The translations under genes and the position numbers were made by a program. A stretch of DNA of 63,356 bases, filler included, from Basidiobolus ranarum (taxonomy: Eukaryota): NCBI GenBank assembly GCA_040143965.1. It is 55 parts of 55 records of this genome, joined end to end, with 100 filler letters (N's around TTAATTAATTAA, not from the genome) between each part and the next. Parts side by side here need not be neighbours in the genome. Positions count along the whole stretch, not along the records: positions 35,844 to 36,896 come from JASJQH010013540.1; positions 36,997 to 38,049 come from JASJQH010013541.1; positions 38,150 to 39,201 come from JASJQH010013542.1; positions 39,302 to 40,353 come from JASJQH010013543.1; positions 40,454 to 41,505 come from JASJQH010013544.1; positions 41,606 to 42,657 come from JASJQH010013545.1; positions 42,758 to 43,809 come from JASJQH010013546.1; positions 43,910 to 44,960 come from JASJQH010013547.1; 47 more parts are not named here. One strand, written 5' to 3'. Under the pieces are notes generated by a model. That model was not told where the DNA came from, did no database searches, and saw only the letters and a program-made list of their open reading frames with translations. Positions within the stretch are counted from its first letter, which is position 1; the number at the start of each line of letters is the position of its first letter. Below are positions 36,367 through 48,513 of this stretch, piece after piece.

Positions 36367-36896
36367 TACCAATGGGTCTTTGGATTGGAGTTTGCAGATG
36401 TCTTCATGGAATGTGCTTGAGCTAGGCAGAGAAAGGGCAGTTGCACTAATTTGAAGTTGGTGGGGCTTCAGTAAGGAAGGAGTTTGTTGGCCAAAGGCCT
36501 CATACCATTCTTTAGGCTGATATTCTGCTCTACGTGATAAGGCATTGTGTTTTCCTTGCTGGCGACCAGGTTGATTTGTAATCACAAAATCAAAACTTGC
36601 AGGAAAAAATGACCATCTTGCTGGATGACAGTTGAGAACTTTGGTTGTACCAAAATATTGAAGATTCTTGTGATCACGATAAACTGTGATTTTGTGATTT
36701 GCTCTATCCAAGTATTGTTGCCATTGTTCAAATGCAGCAATAATTGCTAATAGTTCCTTGTCATAGATGTCATAGTTGATTTCTGCAGCAGAGAACTTTC
36801 TTGAGTAAAAGGCAACAGGGTGCTCTAAGTTGCCAACAACAAACTGTTATAGTACTGCTTCTAGAGCAAAGTTGGATGCAACAATTTCAACAATAA
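36367..36896 (-). mobile_element. Ty3/Gypsy RNase H
   Basis: [33 protein letters not shown]. Confidence 0.92.
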
Positions 36897-36996
36897 NNNN
36901 NNNNNNNNNNNNNNNNNNNNNNNNNNNNNNNNNNNNNNNNTTAATTAATTAANNNNNNNNNNNNNNNNNNNNNNNNNNNNNNNNNNNNNNNNNNNN

Positions 36997-37317
36997 AGTT
37001 ATTTGGTGAATTAGAGGAATTGGTGGTTTTCACTTGTTGATTCTTTGAGTAGCAAGTTGATATTCATAATTTTGTCCATATAAAAGCAAACTAACATGTA
37101 GAATGTGTTAACAAAGGTCATAAGAGCATGTGTGCAAAGTCTGCAGCTTCTAGCACAAGTGTGAAAAATCTATATATCTGAGAACTTCTAAGTTGGTAAT
37201 AATATTCTAAGTAAATTTCAATTGAGAATAATGAGTAATATTGTAGTGAAATATGAGATAACCAAGTGCTCAGCTACATATGATTATATAAGTGTCTAGG
37301 CAAAACAAGTTTCAACA
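36997..37317 (-). repeat. Diverged LTR-A inserted in Copia RT
   Basis: Reverse-complement homology; ends TTTCAACA. Confidence 0.85.
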
Positions 37318-38049
37318 ATGACATTGTCATAGTTATTAATTACTCAAATCTAATGAAACAGGCTAAGATCTAGCTATCTACCCAATTTGAAATGCAAGAT
37401 TATAGCCCACTAGCATATTTTCTTGGAATGCAGATACATCAAAGTTCTAATATTGGAACACTCTGTATCACATAAGAAAAATATAGTGGAGTTGTCTTAA
37501 ACAGGTTCAATTTGTTGCAATGTAAAACAGATTCAAATCCACCGTGGATGCTCAAACTCATGAAGGATTTTGAACCAAAAACCTCTGAGGATATTGAAAT
37601 TATTAGACATATTCCTTACTATAGTGCTGTTAGAAGTCCCATATATGCAACAACTGGTACTAGGCCTGATACTGCCATAGCTGTAAGTGTAGCAGTAAAT
37701 ATGTGGAAAATCCTACAACAAATCATTAGATTTCTGAGAAACATATAATATGCGATTGGAAAGGAACCAGACTTCATGGAAGCCAATTTAGTAAGCAGTA
37801 CAACCTGATATTTGTCTTGGAAGGATGTGCTGCTGTACACTGCACTAACAATACAGATGACTCTAAGTCCAGAGTTGTATATACATTTGCACTAGCTTGT
37901 GGACCAATAAGATGAGTGAGAAACAACAAACTATTGCATTATCAACTACAGAAGCAGAATATATGGCAAACTCTATGGCTTTTAAAGAAGCTATATGGCT
38001 AAGAAATCTCCTTAAGGAATTAGGATTTGATTAAGTTCATCCTATCCCA
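37318..38049 (+). mobile_element. Copia RT C-terminus and RNase H
   Basis: TRPD.A.AVS, ALSTTEAEY, KEAIWLR; same family as 25458-26050. Confidence 0.9.
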
Positions 38050-38149
38050 NNNNNNNNNNNNNNNNNNNNNNNNNNNNNNNNNNNNNNNNNNNNTTAATTA
38101 ATTAANNNNNNNNNNNNNNNNNNNNNNNNNNNNNNNNNNNNNNNNNNNN

Positions 38150-38773
38150 AGTGTCACACTACAATGACATATTAGAATAGTCAAAGTTCTTGAGGATTAT
38201 TTTCAAAATTATGAATGGACAATGCAGTGCAAGTATGCAGAAAGTGGCTTCAGAAAAAGAACATTCAACATAACTTTCAGTCTGGTGTTGACTGTGCAAA
38301 TATCTGGGAAGAACTTAACTAGAGTGGCACAATATTGCAAGGTATCCATCAGATAGCTGGAAGAATGTTGATTCAGCAACATTAATATAATGGTGGACTT
38401 TAATGGAAATATTGATACAAACTCATGTTGGATACAAGATAAACCAGGGGTATGAAGAACTTTATAAAAATATTCAGGAGAATATATCAAAGAAACTAGG
38501 GATTTCAATGGTGACAAATTTGCATTTAAGTGGTAGTTGTGTAAAATTTGGGTTATGGTTTTTGCACCTATGTTGATCCATAGTTCTTGGAGATTGTAGC
38601 CAATCATTTGCAACTATTTGGTGAGATCTTCAAATTTCACTCCAGAAACTTAAAAAACGGATTAAAATCAAGTCTAAAAGAACAATTAATGATGGTAAGT
38701 AAGCGGTGAATCCACAATGAATTAAAACTGTAATGGTTTTCCTACAATAACAATCCTGCAATTTCTGTAAGGG
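38150..38773 (+). mobile_element. CACTA ORF2 C-terminus and TIR
   Basis: Ends ATTTCTGTAAGGG. Confidence 0.85.
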
Positions 38774-39201
38774 TGTGCCTATTTGAACTCAAAATCTAAA
38801 TGCCTATTTATTAGTCCATGCTTTAGATTCTCATGAGTTTTATTGTATAGTTTTTTGTGGATATCCAAAGGCATGAAGATATAGCACTCTCTACAGAGCA
38901 GTGTTAAAGTTGCTTCCACTTTGAATAACACCCCATTACCTTGTTTTGGGAATATCTTCCAATTCAATAAGTTGTCTTGCTTTTCTCTTTTACACCTCTG
39001 TGGATTACTCTTGCCATAGTGTCCTGAAATGTGGTTTTGAACTCTGCAACCTCCATTAACAGTTGCTGCAAAGTCTCATTGAGTAGTGGTAGATTACTAT
39101 TTAGAACATCTTTTGTCTCTAAAGTTTAGGCATAAAGATATAGTGTGCTCTCCAAAGCAGAGTCAAAAGTTGCTTCCACTTTTGTCTAATGCCCCCTTCC
39201 T
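38774..39201 (-). mobile_element. PHIS ORF2, decayed and rearranged
   Basis: Blocks homologous to 26640-27030 in permuted order. Confidence 0.7.
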
Positions 39202-39301
39202 NNNNNNNNNNNNNNNNNNNNNNNNNNNNNNNNNNNNNNNNNNNNTTAATTAATTAANNNNNNNNNNNNNNNNNNNNNNNNNNNNNNNNNNNNNNNNNNN
39301 N

Positions 39302-40353
39302 CCTGGAAGAATGCAAGCCAGCAATATTGTGAAGGTTCTCTGATGGTTTTGCTATTTTGGAGGGTGGATCCAATCCGGATCAAATGGATTTTATTTTTGT
39401 TAGGGATGTGTAGAAGGTGATCTTCTTTCTACTGTATCCATCTCATGCTGCAACACAAATGTTTAAAGAAGCCCTGCCATTATTGTCACAAATTCTTGTG
39501 CTATGAAAGCCAGAGGCTTCATAGACAAAATAACCACAAGCACAATCACTGTACAAAGCCACCAGCTGCACAAAGTCTGGAGTATAACAACAGTAATCCC
39601 TAACAGAAATTTGAGTATTGTAATTGTAGGAAAACCATCACAATTTTAATCCATTTGGGATTGACTGTTTACTTACCATCATAAAATTTTCAAGTTAGAT
39701 TTGATTTTAATCAACTTTTTCAGTTTCAGGAGTGAAATTTCAAGATCTTGCAAAAAAGTTGCACACTAATGGCTAAAATCTCAGAGAACTATGGATCAAC
39801 ACTTGTGCAAAACAAGTAACTCAAGCTTTACACAATTACAACTAGATTGCTAATTTGTTACCTTTGAAATCCTTAGTCTCTTTGATATTTTCTCCTGAAT
39901 ATTTTTGTAGAGTTCTTCATATCCAAGGTTTAGCTCATAGCCAACACAAGTTGTGTCAATTACTCCATCAAAGCCCACCATTATATTAATGTTGCTGAAT
40001 CGACATTCTTCCAGCTATCTGGCAGATATCCAGCAATATTGTGCCACTCTGTATTAAGTTCTTCCAAGATAACTGCACAGTCAACACCAGACTTAGTGTT
40101 AAGTTATATGTTCTTCTTCCAAAGCCACTTTCTGCATACTTGCACTGTGTTTTTCTCTTCATACTTTTGAAAATATTCTTCAAGCACTTTGACTATTTTT
40201 GTATGTCCTTGTAGAGTGACACTACCTTTGGGACTAATTTCAACACTTTGAGAAGTACCAGTTGAGGTTGGAGAGCTACAAGTTTTATTTGCTGGTGTTT
40301 TGGCTTGTTGAGAGGTACCAGGTGTTGGATAAACTACCAAATTTAGTACTCTA
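39302..40353. mobile_element. Three nested CACTA pieces: TIR end (39302-39405), host transposase start (39406-39597), ORF2-side end (39598-40353)
   Basis: TGTTAGGG at 39405 and CCCTAACAG at 39598 flank a same-family segment. Confidence 0.85.
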
Positions 40354-40453
40354 NNNNNNNNNNNNNNNNNNNNNNNNNNNNNNNNNNNNNNNNNNNNTTA
40401 ATTAATTAANNNNNNNNNNNNNNNNNNNNNNNNNNNNNNNNNNNNNNNNNNNN

Positions 40454-41505
40454 AAGGAGGAAGATTTAAGTGGATTAAAATTATTGGCCAGCAAGCCTTT
40501 CCAACAGTATATTATTTAGTGAGAAACCATCCAGAGCAAATGCAAATACATGATCATATGTGTTCTCAAAGAAACCTTGACTTTTCAGATTCTGGTAGTG
40601 ATATCCATTAAGTATATTGGTAATACCATCAGCTTTATGGTGAGTACTTTGGTATTGGATCAATGATCTATATTTGGGTGATTTCATCAAAACTTTAAGA
40701 TGGGGAATCAACAGTATGTAAGCCAAATATCATCAATATTTACCTGATTCAGTGATTGCCAATTGTGTGCAAACAGTACATGACTTCAGGTTTTTCAGAT
40801 CACTGGTGAAAACCAAACAATCATTTGGCCATTAAGATAGTTTAATTACTGAAGGATTATAAGTCATACAATTGACAAGTGTTTTCCACTTGTACCTGGT
40901 CTGTGGCAAGTAACAGCTGCCAATCAACTGTGGTAAAAGTGTAAGAAAACCAATAAACACCTGGTTGCTAAGATTGGATTGAACTCTCCACTCCACAATA
41001 ATTGAAGCTGCTTCCTTTACAGTAAGTGTTATGAGAGGACTAATGTTTGCTGAGAACAAAGAGTCCATAACAAAAACGTTGTCTTCTTCTTTAACTTCTA
41101 ATATACAACCATTGGTACTGGAATAACCAAGGTCAACATCTAGCAGCAAGTCCTCAAAGTTGTCTGGCCTTACTGGTTTACCCAAAGCTGCATTTTGACC
41201 TACATCACTCTGATCATATAATTGTGGTAACTCCACAGTATCTTGACTTTTTGCAATGTTACCAAAACTTTGAGGCAAATGTTTGTGTTGCAGCATGAGA
41301 AGGATATTGTAGAAAAACAAACCCCTCCCACTTAAGGGTGGTATTTTAGGTATAGCCCATCAATATTGTCAGCTGATTCTGAGATGGTGTCACAGATGAA
41401 TCATCAGGGGATTTACAAGATATTTCTGGTAATGGATGGCAATTTTGGTTTATTATCAGCTGTTTCAAAGCAATTTCATTACACAAAGTTTACCATCCAA
41501 AAATT
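40454..41505 (-). mobile_element. CACTA transposase 5' third (with deletion) plus divergent spacer
   Basis: Collinear with 16420-17240 and 48780-48990. Confidence 0.85.
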
Positions 41506-41605
41506 NNNNNNNNNNNNNNNNNNNNNNNNNNNNNNNNNNNNNNNNNNNNTTAATTAATTAANNNNNNNNNNNNNNNNNNNNNNNNNNNNNNNNNNNNNNN
41601 NNNNN

Positions 41606-42296
41606 GAAGCAGAATTCATAGCTGCCTGTGAAGCAATAAAAGAGGCAATATGGTTAGAAAACTCTTAACAGATTTAAGTTATTCTCAAAATTCACCAACT
41701 ACAATATTTCAAGGTAATCAAAGTTGTATCAAATTAGCTAAAAATACCATGTTTCATAATAGAAGCAAACATATAAATATTAGACACCACTTCATTAGAG
41801 AGACTATAGAGAATAAGCTTATTGACTTAACTTATTACTCTACAGAAGACATGATTGCTAATATATTAACCTAACCATTAGCTAGACCAAAATTTGAGAA
41901 ATATAGACTTTTATTAGGATTAGTTTACATGACTATTTAGTTGAGAGAGGGTTGAAATTAGCATTGTGTAAACGCCTATAAAGTTATATATAACTTAGTA
42001 CTTAGTTATCTTATAATTCACCAACATATTATCCACTATTCTCAGTTGGAATTTACTTAAATATTTTTACTAACTTAGAAGTTCTCAGATATATAGATTT
42101 TTCAAACTTGTGCTAGAAGCCTCACACTTTGCACACATGTTCCTGGGACCTTCATTTACACATTCCACATGATAGTTTGCTTAGCTCTTTACAAAACTAT
42201 AAATGTCAACTTTCTACTGAATAAACCAATAAGTGAAAACCATCAATTCCTCTAATTCTCCAAACCACTTCCAACAGGCTCCCAAATACTTTAACA
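41606..42296 (+). mobile_element. Copia A RNase H end, PPT (~41939-41950) and 3' LTR
   Basis: EAEFIAA, FHNRSKHINIRHHFIRE, DMIA.ILT; AGTTGAGAGAGG before the LTR. Confidence 0.93.
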
Positions 42297-42577
42297 AGGA
42301 TAGGTTTATATGCATATTCAGTTGAAGGAGAGTGTTGAAGTCAGCATTGCCTAAACATCTATATAGTCATTTATAGCTTAGTATTTAGTTATCTTTTATT
42401 TTACTAAGATTGTACCCATTATTTTAAATTGGAATTTACTTAGTAAATTTTTACCAAATTAGAAGTTCTCAGATATACAGATTTTATATACTTGTATTGG
42501 AATCTCCAAATGTTTCACACATGTTTCTGGGACCTTTCTAAGCACATTTTACATGTTAACTTGCTTAAATCTTGACA
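42297..42577 (+). mobile_element. Host Copia A copy: pol end, PPT (AGTTGAAGGAGAG) and 3' LTR from 42333, interrupted
   Basis: Second PPT-LTR junction 36 nt after the first LTR. Confidence 0.85.
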
Positions 42578-42580
42578 TTC

Positions 42581-42657
42581 TGTTGAATAATTAATCTTTA
42601 TTTAACATCATAGTTAACTTTAGTTATGATACATATATCAGAAACAGAAAGCAACAT
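42581..42657 (+). repeat. LTR-like repeat C, 5' end
   Basis: TGTTGAATAATTAATC...; near-identical reverse copy at 50847-50922. Confidence 0.7.
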
Positions 42658-42757
42658 NNNNNNNNNNNNNNNNNNNNNNNNNNNNNNNNNNNNNNNNNNN
42701 NTTAATTAATTAANNNNNNNNNNNNNNNNNNNNNNNNNNNNNNNNNNNNNNNNNNNN

Positions 42758-43308
42758 AGCATTTTCCTCATTCTTTTGGTTGAGTCCTGATTTGCATAAA
42801 TCTTCATCCAGAAGTCTGCCAAATACATAATTTAAGGTCAAATTTTCAGTTCTTGATTCTAGAGCCATAACTAGGCTCTGAGACTTGTGTGGCAGGCTAT
42901 TCAGGACTGTAACTATGATATCTTCATCAGTGGTAGGTACTCCAATGCATTCCATTTCATCCACTAAAATAGTGACTCTGTAAATTAGTGTTTTAATGTC
43001 TTCTCCTGGCTTCATCTTTAAGTTAAAGAATTATCTTCTTAGAAACATCTTGTTGGCAGCAGAACTTGTTTGGTAGGTGTCTTCCAAGGCCTTCCATACC
43101 TTTATGGCAGTTTTAGCTCTTGAACATTGAATTAGCAATTTGTCTTCAACATTAAGACAAAGTTGTGTTGAAGGCACTTTGTTCTTTTTTAACCTGGAGT
43201 AAAACTTTGGTTTCATATAGTTGTGCATTGTTTTCTTCTCCTACAACAGTGTCCCAAAGTCCTTTTTTTTGCAGCAGCATTTTCATTTTAATTTTCCAAA
43301 CTTGATAA
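42758..43308 (-). mobile_element. Copia A gag, interrupted by a same-family element
   Basis: Collinear with 15350-15910. Confidence 0.92.
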
Positions 43309-43809
43309 TGTTGAAATTAGCATTGCCTAAACACCTATATAGTCATATATAGCTTAGTACTTAGTTATCTTATAATTCACTAAGATATTATCAATTATTC
43401 TCAATCAAAATTTACTTAGAATATTTTTACCAACTTAGAAGTTCTCAGATATATAGATTTTTCAAACTTGTGCAAGAAGCCCCAAACTTTGCACACATGT
43501 TCCTGGGACCTCCCTTAACATATTCTCCATTTTGGTTTGTTTACATCTTGACAAAACTATAAAAGTCAACTTTCTACCCAATATATCAAAAAGTGAAAAC
43601 CACCAATACCTCAAATTCTCCAAACCACTTCCAACAAGCTCCCAAATACTGTAACAGGTTATGAGCCCCAGGCTTGCACTCTCTATAATGTCTACTTTTC
43701 AAATTTATGGAACTTTTCCCTCTTCTGAAAAATTGGATGGAACCAATTATCAAGTTTGGAAAATTAAAATGAAAATGCTGCTGCAAGAAAAAGGACTTTG
43801 GGACACTGT
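43309..43809 (+). mobile_element. Copia A 5' LTR (43309-43656), PBS GGTTATGAGCCC (43657-43668), gag start (ATG 43688)
   Basis: 348-bp LTR directly followed by the PBS and MSTFQIYGTFPSSEKLDGTNY. Confidence 0.94.
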
Positions 43810-43909
43810 NNNNNNNNNNNNNNNNNNNNNNNNNNNNNNNNNNNNNNNNNNNNTTAATTAATTAANNNNNNNNNNNNNNNNNNNNNNNNNNNNNNNNNNN
43901 NNNNNNNNN

Positions 43910-44363
43910 CTATTCAACATTTTAGATATTTAGCAATTTTTCCACCATTAGTGTGCTGGTTTAACATATTGAAGTTGTTGAGTTATGTCTACTCAGTCAA
44001 ATATGTGCATATGTAGAGACTAAACACAACAAGATTCTTGTATTTTTTGATTCTCATTATAGCTGGAATACAAACCTAACGTATCTAAATAAAGGTATGC
44101 ATATTAATTCAAATTCCTACAGCAGTGAACCCAGTAATTTGCCATTTGAATACTATATTATTGCAAAAATTGCTGGATATTGCATAATGCATGCCAATTT
44201 GAGGATCAATACTTTAACCTCTATGAGTACCATTAAGATACTGTCACACCATTAAAATCTCTGGCAGAATGCAAGCCAACAATATTTTGACGGTTCTCTG
44301 ATGGTTTTGCTATTTTGGACAGTGGATCCAATCCGGATCAAATTGATTTTATTATTGTTAGGG
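43910..44363 (+). mobile_element. CACTA transposase 3' end and TIR
   Basis: Ends ATTGTTAGGG. Confidence 0.85.
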
Positions 44364-44960
44364 CTTATTATGCATCAAATGGATATTGAAACTTTGTTTT
44401 TGAATGGTGAGCTTGCTGAGGATATCTATATGGACCAGCCAGATGGATTTGTGGACCCAGAAAACCCTAAAAAGTTTGCAGACTCCAGAAAACACTATAT
44501 CTTAAAACAATCTTCAAGAGCTTGGAATTGCAAGATAGACAATTTTTTGAAAACACTCAAATTCCAAAAGAGTAATGCTGAATATAGGATCTACTTCAGG
44601 CTAGTTAAGACAAACCCAGTTTTATTAGCCTTGCATGTACATGATTCAAATGAAAGCCAGAAAATTCCTTATCAATCTGTTGTTGGTAGTTTGATGTATA
44701 TCATGGTTGGAACATGGCCAGATATATCATATTCTGTGGGAGTTATGTGCCAATATCTTCAAAAATATGGATCTGATCAAATCATAGCAGTTAAGACAAT
44801 TTTCAGATATTTGAAAGGTACCATAGATCTATGCTTAAAATGAATGTATTCTGGATAAAACTTTGATCTGTTGGGATATTCAGATATAAATTGGGGAAGA
44901 AATATTGAAGTCAGGAGATCTACAACAGTATACTTATTTCTTGGCTGTAATGGAGCTATT
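44364..44960 (+). mobile_element. Copia A RT with an internal deletion
   Basis: [18 protein letters not shown]; jumps from the YVDD region to [11 protein letters not shown]. Confidence 0.9.
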
Positions 44961-45175
44961 NNNNNNNNNNNNNNNNNNNNNNNNNNNNNNNNNNNNNNNN
45001 NNNNTTAATTAATTAANNNNNNNNNNNNNNNNNNNNNNNNNNNNNNNNNNNNNNNNNNNNGCTGGTTTTCCATATATACAACCCTCACAAATTTCCACTT
45101 TGGTTGGGAGGTTAATTTGAATTCCAGATATTGGGTGACTTTCAATCAATTTGCTTGAATAATTGTTGAAGCTTA

Positions 45176-46111
45176 CCTAACCAGATGACAAAGAATAAAC
45201 TTCTGAAGAAGAAAGTACAGATTCTGACACTGAAACAAAGAAGCCAACATGTAAAGAAGCCAGGGCAGCCTTCAGAGAAAAAGACAGATTGGCTTTTAGG
45301 GAAATATGTTTAAGAATGCAATCACAACAACTTATGCTAGTCAGAGATGCTGACTCTGCCAAGAATGCATTGGAAATCCTAGTGGAACATCATGAGCAAA
45401 AAGGGCTTGCTCACTTGATGATGCTACAAAGAAAGTTCTTAAACTCTTGCATGTCTGAGAATTCAGATATTATAACATATGTAAATGGTGTCAAGAAACT
45501 TGCCCAACAAATTGAATCAGTGAATTATGAAGTACCTGAAATGGATATAATTCTTACCAAAATCAATGGTCTCCTTGAATCATATTCAGCCCTTGTACTC
45601 ACTTTGGAAGCAATTGGGGATAAACTTACTCAGCATTATTCAATCTCTCATCTATGCCAAGAAGAATTTAAAAGGAAAGACAAACCTCTAAACCAGGAAA
45701 TGACTCTGCTGATGTTTGGATTCTAGATTTTGGAACAAGTGATTATATGTGTCACAATAGAAACATAATGCATGACTATAAGGAAATAGAACCTCTGGAC
45801 ATCATGGTAGCTGGAAGAAACAAACTGGTTGCATGTGGAATGGGAAAGGTCACACTTGACTTACAAATAAGTAAAACCAAAAGTGTAATGGTAACATTGG
45901 AAGATGTCTTATATATTCCATCATTTACAACAAATCTGCTTTCAATTGGTGCAATTGAAAAGAAATATTATGATGTCAAATTCAGCCAAGGAAAAGCAAT
46001 CATATACAAATCAAAGGACTTGATAGTAGCAACTGGAACAAGAATTGGGAATCTATATCACCTGGATATTGCACCAATAACTGAGACTGTTTCTAACTTT
46101 GCAACAATTAC
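45176..46111 (+). mobile_element. Copia family E gag-protease (zinc knuckle not visible)
   Basis: NGL.ESYS, WILD.G.S..MC, LEDVLYIP...NLLSIG, GTRIGNLY. Confidence 0.88.
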
Positions 46112-46211
46112 NNNNNNNNNNNNNNNNNNNNNNNNNNNNNNNNNNNNNNNNNNNNTTAATTAATTAANNNNNNNNNNNNNNNNNNNNNNNNNNNNNNNNN
46201 NNNNNNNNNNN

Positions 46212-46752
46212 TGTAAGCCAACAATATTGTGACAGTTCTCTGACGGTTTTGCTATTTTGGAGGGTGGATCCAATCCGGATCAAATTGATTTTATTTTTGT
46301 CAGGGCACAGTATTGCAGGGTATCTGCCAGATAGCTGGAAGAATGTTGATTCAGCAACATCAATACAATTGTCAGCTTTGATGGAGATATCAATTTAAAC
46401 TTGTGTTTGATATGAGCTAAACCTTGGGTATGAAGAACTCTATAAAAATATTCAGGTGAATATATCAAAGAGACCAGGGACTTTGAAGGTGACAAATTGG
46501 TGTTCAAGTGGTAAATATGTAAAATTCAAATCACATTTTTTGTACAAGTGTTGATCCATAGTTTTCTGAGACTGTAGCCAATCATGTGCAACTATTTTGC
46601 AAGTTCTTGAAATTTCAATCCTGAAATTGAAAATATTGATTAAAATCAAATATAACATGACAATTTTATGATGGAAATTGAATGGTCAATCCCAAATGGA
46701 TTAAAATTGTGATGGTTTTCCTGCAATAACAATTGTCAAATTTCTGTCAGGG
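46212..46752 (+). mobile_element. Two nested CACTA ends (TIRs ending at 46305 and 46752)
   Basis: TTTTTGTCAGGG inside ORF2 of a copy that ends TTTCTGTCAGGG. Confidence 0.85.
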
Positions 46753-46834
46753 TTAAGTACATGTATCTCAGACTGTAAAAAAGAGCCTGAATGGTGCTCA
46801 CACAAAATTTTGAAGATCTGCAGTGGCTGATGAG

Positions 46835-47262
46835 TACTGAAATTAACAATCCCTAAGCACCTATATAGGCATTTATAGCTTAGTACTTAGTTATCTTATA
46901 TTTCACTAGGATATTATCCGTTATTCCTAATTGGTATTTGCTTAGAAGATTTTTATAAACTTAGAAGCTTGTAGATATATAGATTTTTCAAACTTGTGCT
47001 AGAAGCACCACACTTTGTACATATGTTCCTGGGACCTTTCTTAACACATTCTACTTTTTAGTTTGCTTACAACTTGACAAAACTATAAATGTCAATTTTC
47101 TAGTGAATAAATCAACAAGTGAAAACTACCAATTTCCCTAATTCTACAAGCCACTTCCAACAGGCTCCCAAATACTTTAGCAGGTTATGAGCCCCAAGCT
47201 TGCACTCTCTGTCATGTCTACTTCTCAAATTTATGGAACTTTTCCCTCTTCTGAAAAATTGG
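46835..47262 (+). mobile_element. Copia A 5' LTR (to 47182), PBS (47183-47194) and gag start, inserted in another Copia A (46753-46834)
   Basis: LTR-A homology, GGTTATGAGCCC, ATG at 47214. Confidence 0.9.
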
Positions 47263-47362
47263 NNNNNNNNNNNNNNNNNNNNNNNNNNNNNNNNNNNNNN
47301 NNNNNNTTAATTAATTAANNNNNNNNNNNNNNNNNNNNNNNNNNNNNNNNNNNNNNNNNNNN

Positions 47363-47597
47363 TTTGTTCTATTGTCCATCTAGTTTGTACTGAGTACCTT
47401 CCTCTCTGCTTACCACCTCTGCCCCTTAACACTATATTTACATCCTCCAAACTTGATTACATTGGTCATCAAGTTAAGTATGGATATGATCCAGTATTGT
47501 CACAATATCTTAAAAGATTAATGTTTTGATTGTAACTTTGTTTAGATAAGTATTTAAGCTAAATAAAGTCCACACCATATGGTGCTTTTCATCCCCC
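47363..47597. mobile_element. Repeat E end
   Basis: See 6952-7322. Confidence 0.7.
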
Positions 47598-48513
47598 TAA
47601 CCAGTATATTTACTAGCCACCAGTCTGTCTAAATTTGAGATAGGCTTGATAAAATTAATTTGGTCTTTACATTAAGTTTGGGACCATACTGTTGGTGTTT
47701 CTGGCTCCGCGTTCCTGTTGTTAAGAGTATCCCATAACAGGGCTATTCAAGTCAGAATATCTGATTTGATAGTGTAATGTATTGCGCTTACCATTATGGA
47801 CTTGGAGTAAATCATGTTCCTTTTACTTCAAGATAACCGAAACAAACGTTTAACCCATCACTACTCCCATATAAGATGAGAAGCGTGACTGAAATATAAA
47901 ATCACATTTTCAGATGTTTCGCATGCTATATCTGAAATAAGCAGCTTCCATACAATGATACTAGAAAGAAATTCAGTACAATTAGCCACCCTAAAATCGT
48001 ATATGCCAGCTAGTTGTAACGGTACTCTGCAGATGTAGTGCTCTCAGCTTTTCATGGGTTACTATAACAATCCTAGTTAAATGAACAAGCTTCTGATAAT
48101 GACCACTGGTTTATACGATTAATCTGGCCCATGAGTCCCTGGAACAATATATAGGAGAGACAGTAGTATTCAGGCTGATGAGTGAAAACCAGAGAGGAAG
48201 TATTGTATCTACAGCGATACACTGAGTAGTCAATGCAAAGGAGGGTTTTCTTGGGACGCATCAAACCATAAGGCTCAGTAATATTTCAATGAATCTATCA
48301 TATTCTCTCTATTTTCCTTTGTATGCTTTGTTACGCCGCATTAACAGAGCACCACGTCTAGCAAACCTTTGCTAACTTCAAGACTAATACTAATTCAAAT
48401 CTGATCTACTGTCNNNNNNNNNNNNNNNNNNNNNNNNNNNNNNNNNNNNNNNNNNNNTTAATTAATTAANNNNNNNNNNNNNNNNNNNNNNNNNNNNNNN
48501 NNNNNNNNNNNNN

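Noticed and set aside
38209-38613. Recurrent ORF MQMIGYNL...SPEYFYRVLH (also 35906, 46280, 53890) as a gene family
   Set aside because: Antisense to the CACTA ORF2 end with variable start and stop; recurrence reflects DNA copy number
44301-44843. RT with a hydrophobic, signal-like N-terminus
   Set aside because: The N-terminus is read from the CACTA terminus across an insertion junction
47601-48413. Unique-looking sequence with a 63-aa ORF
   Set aside because: No supportable product
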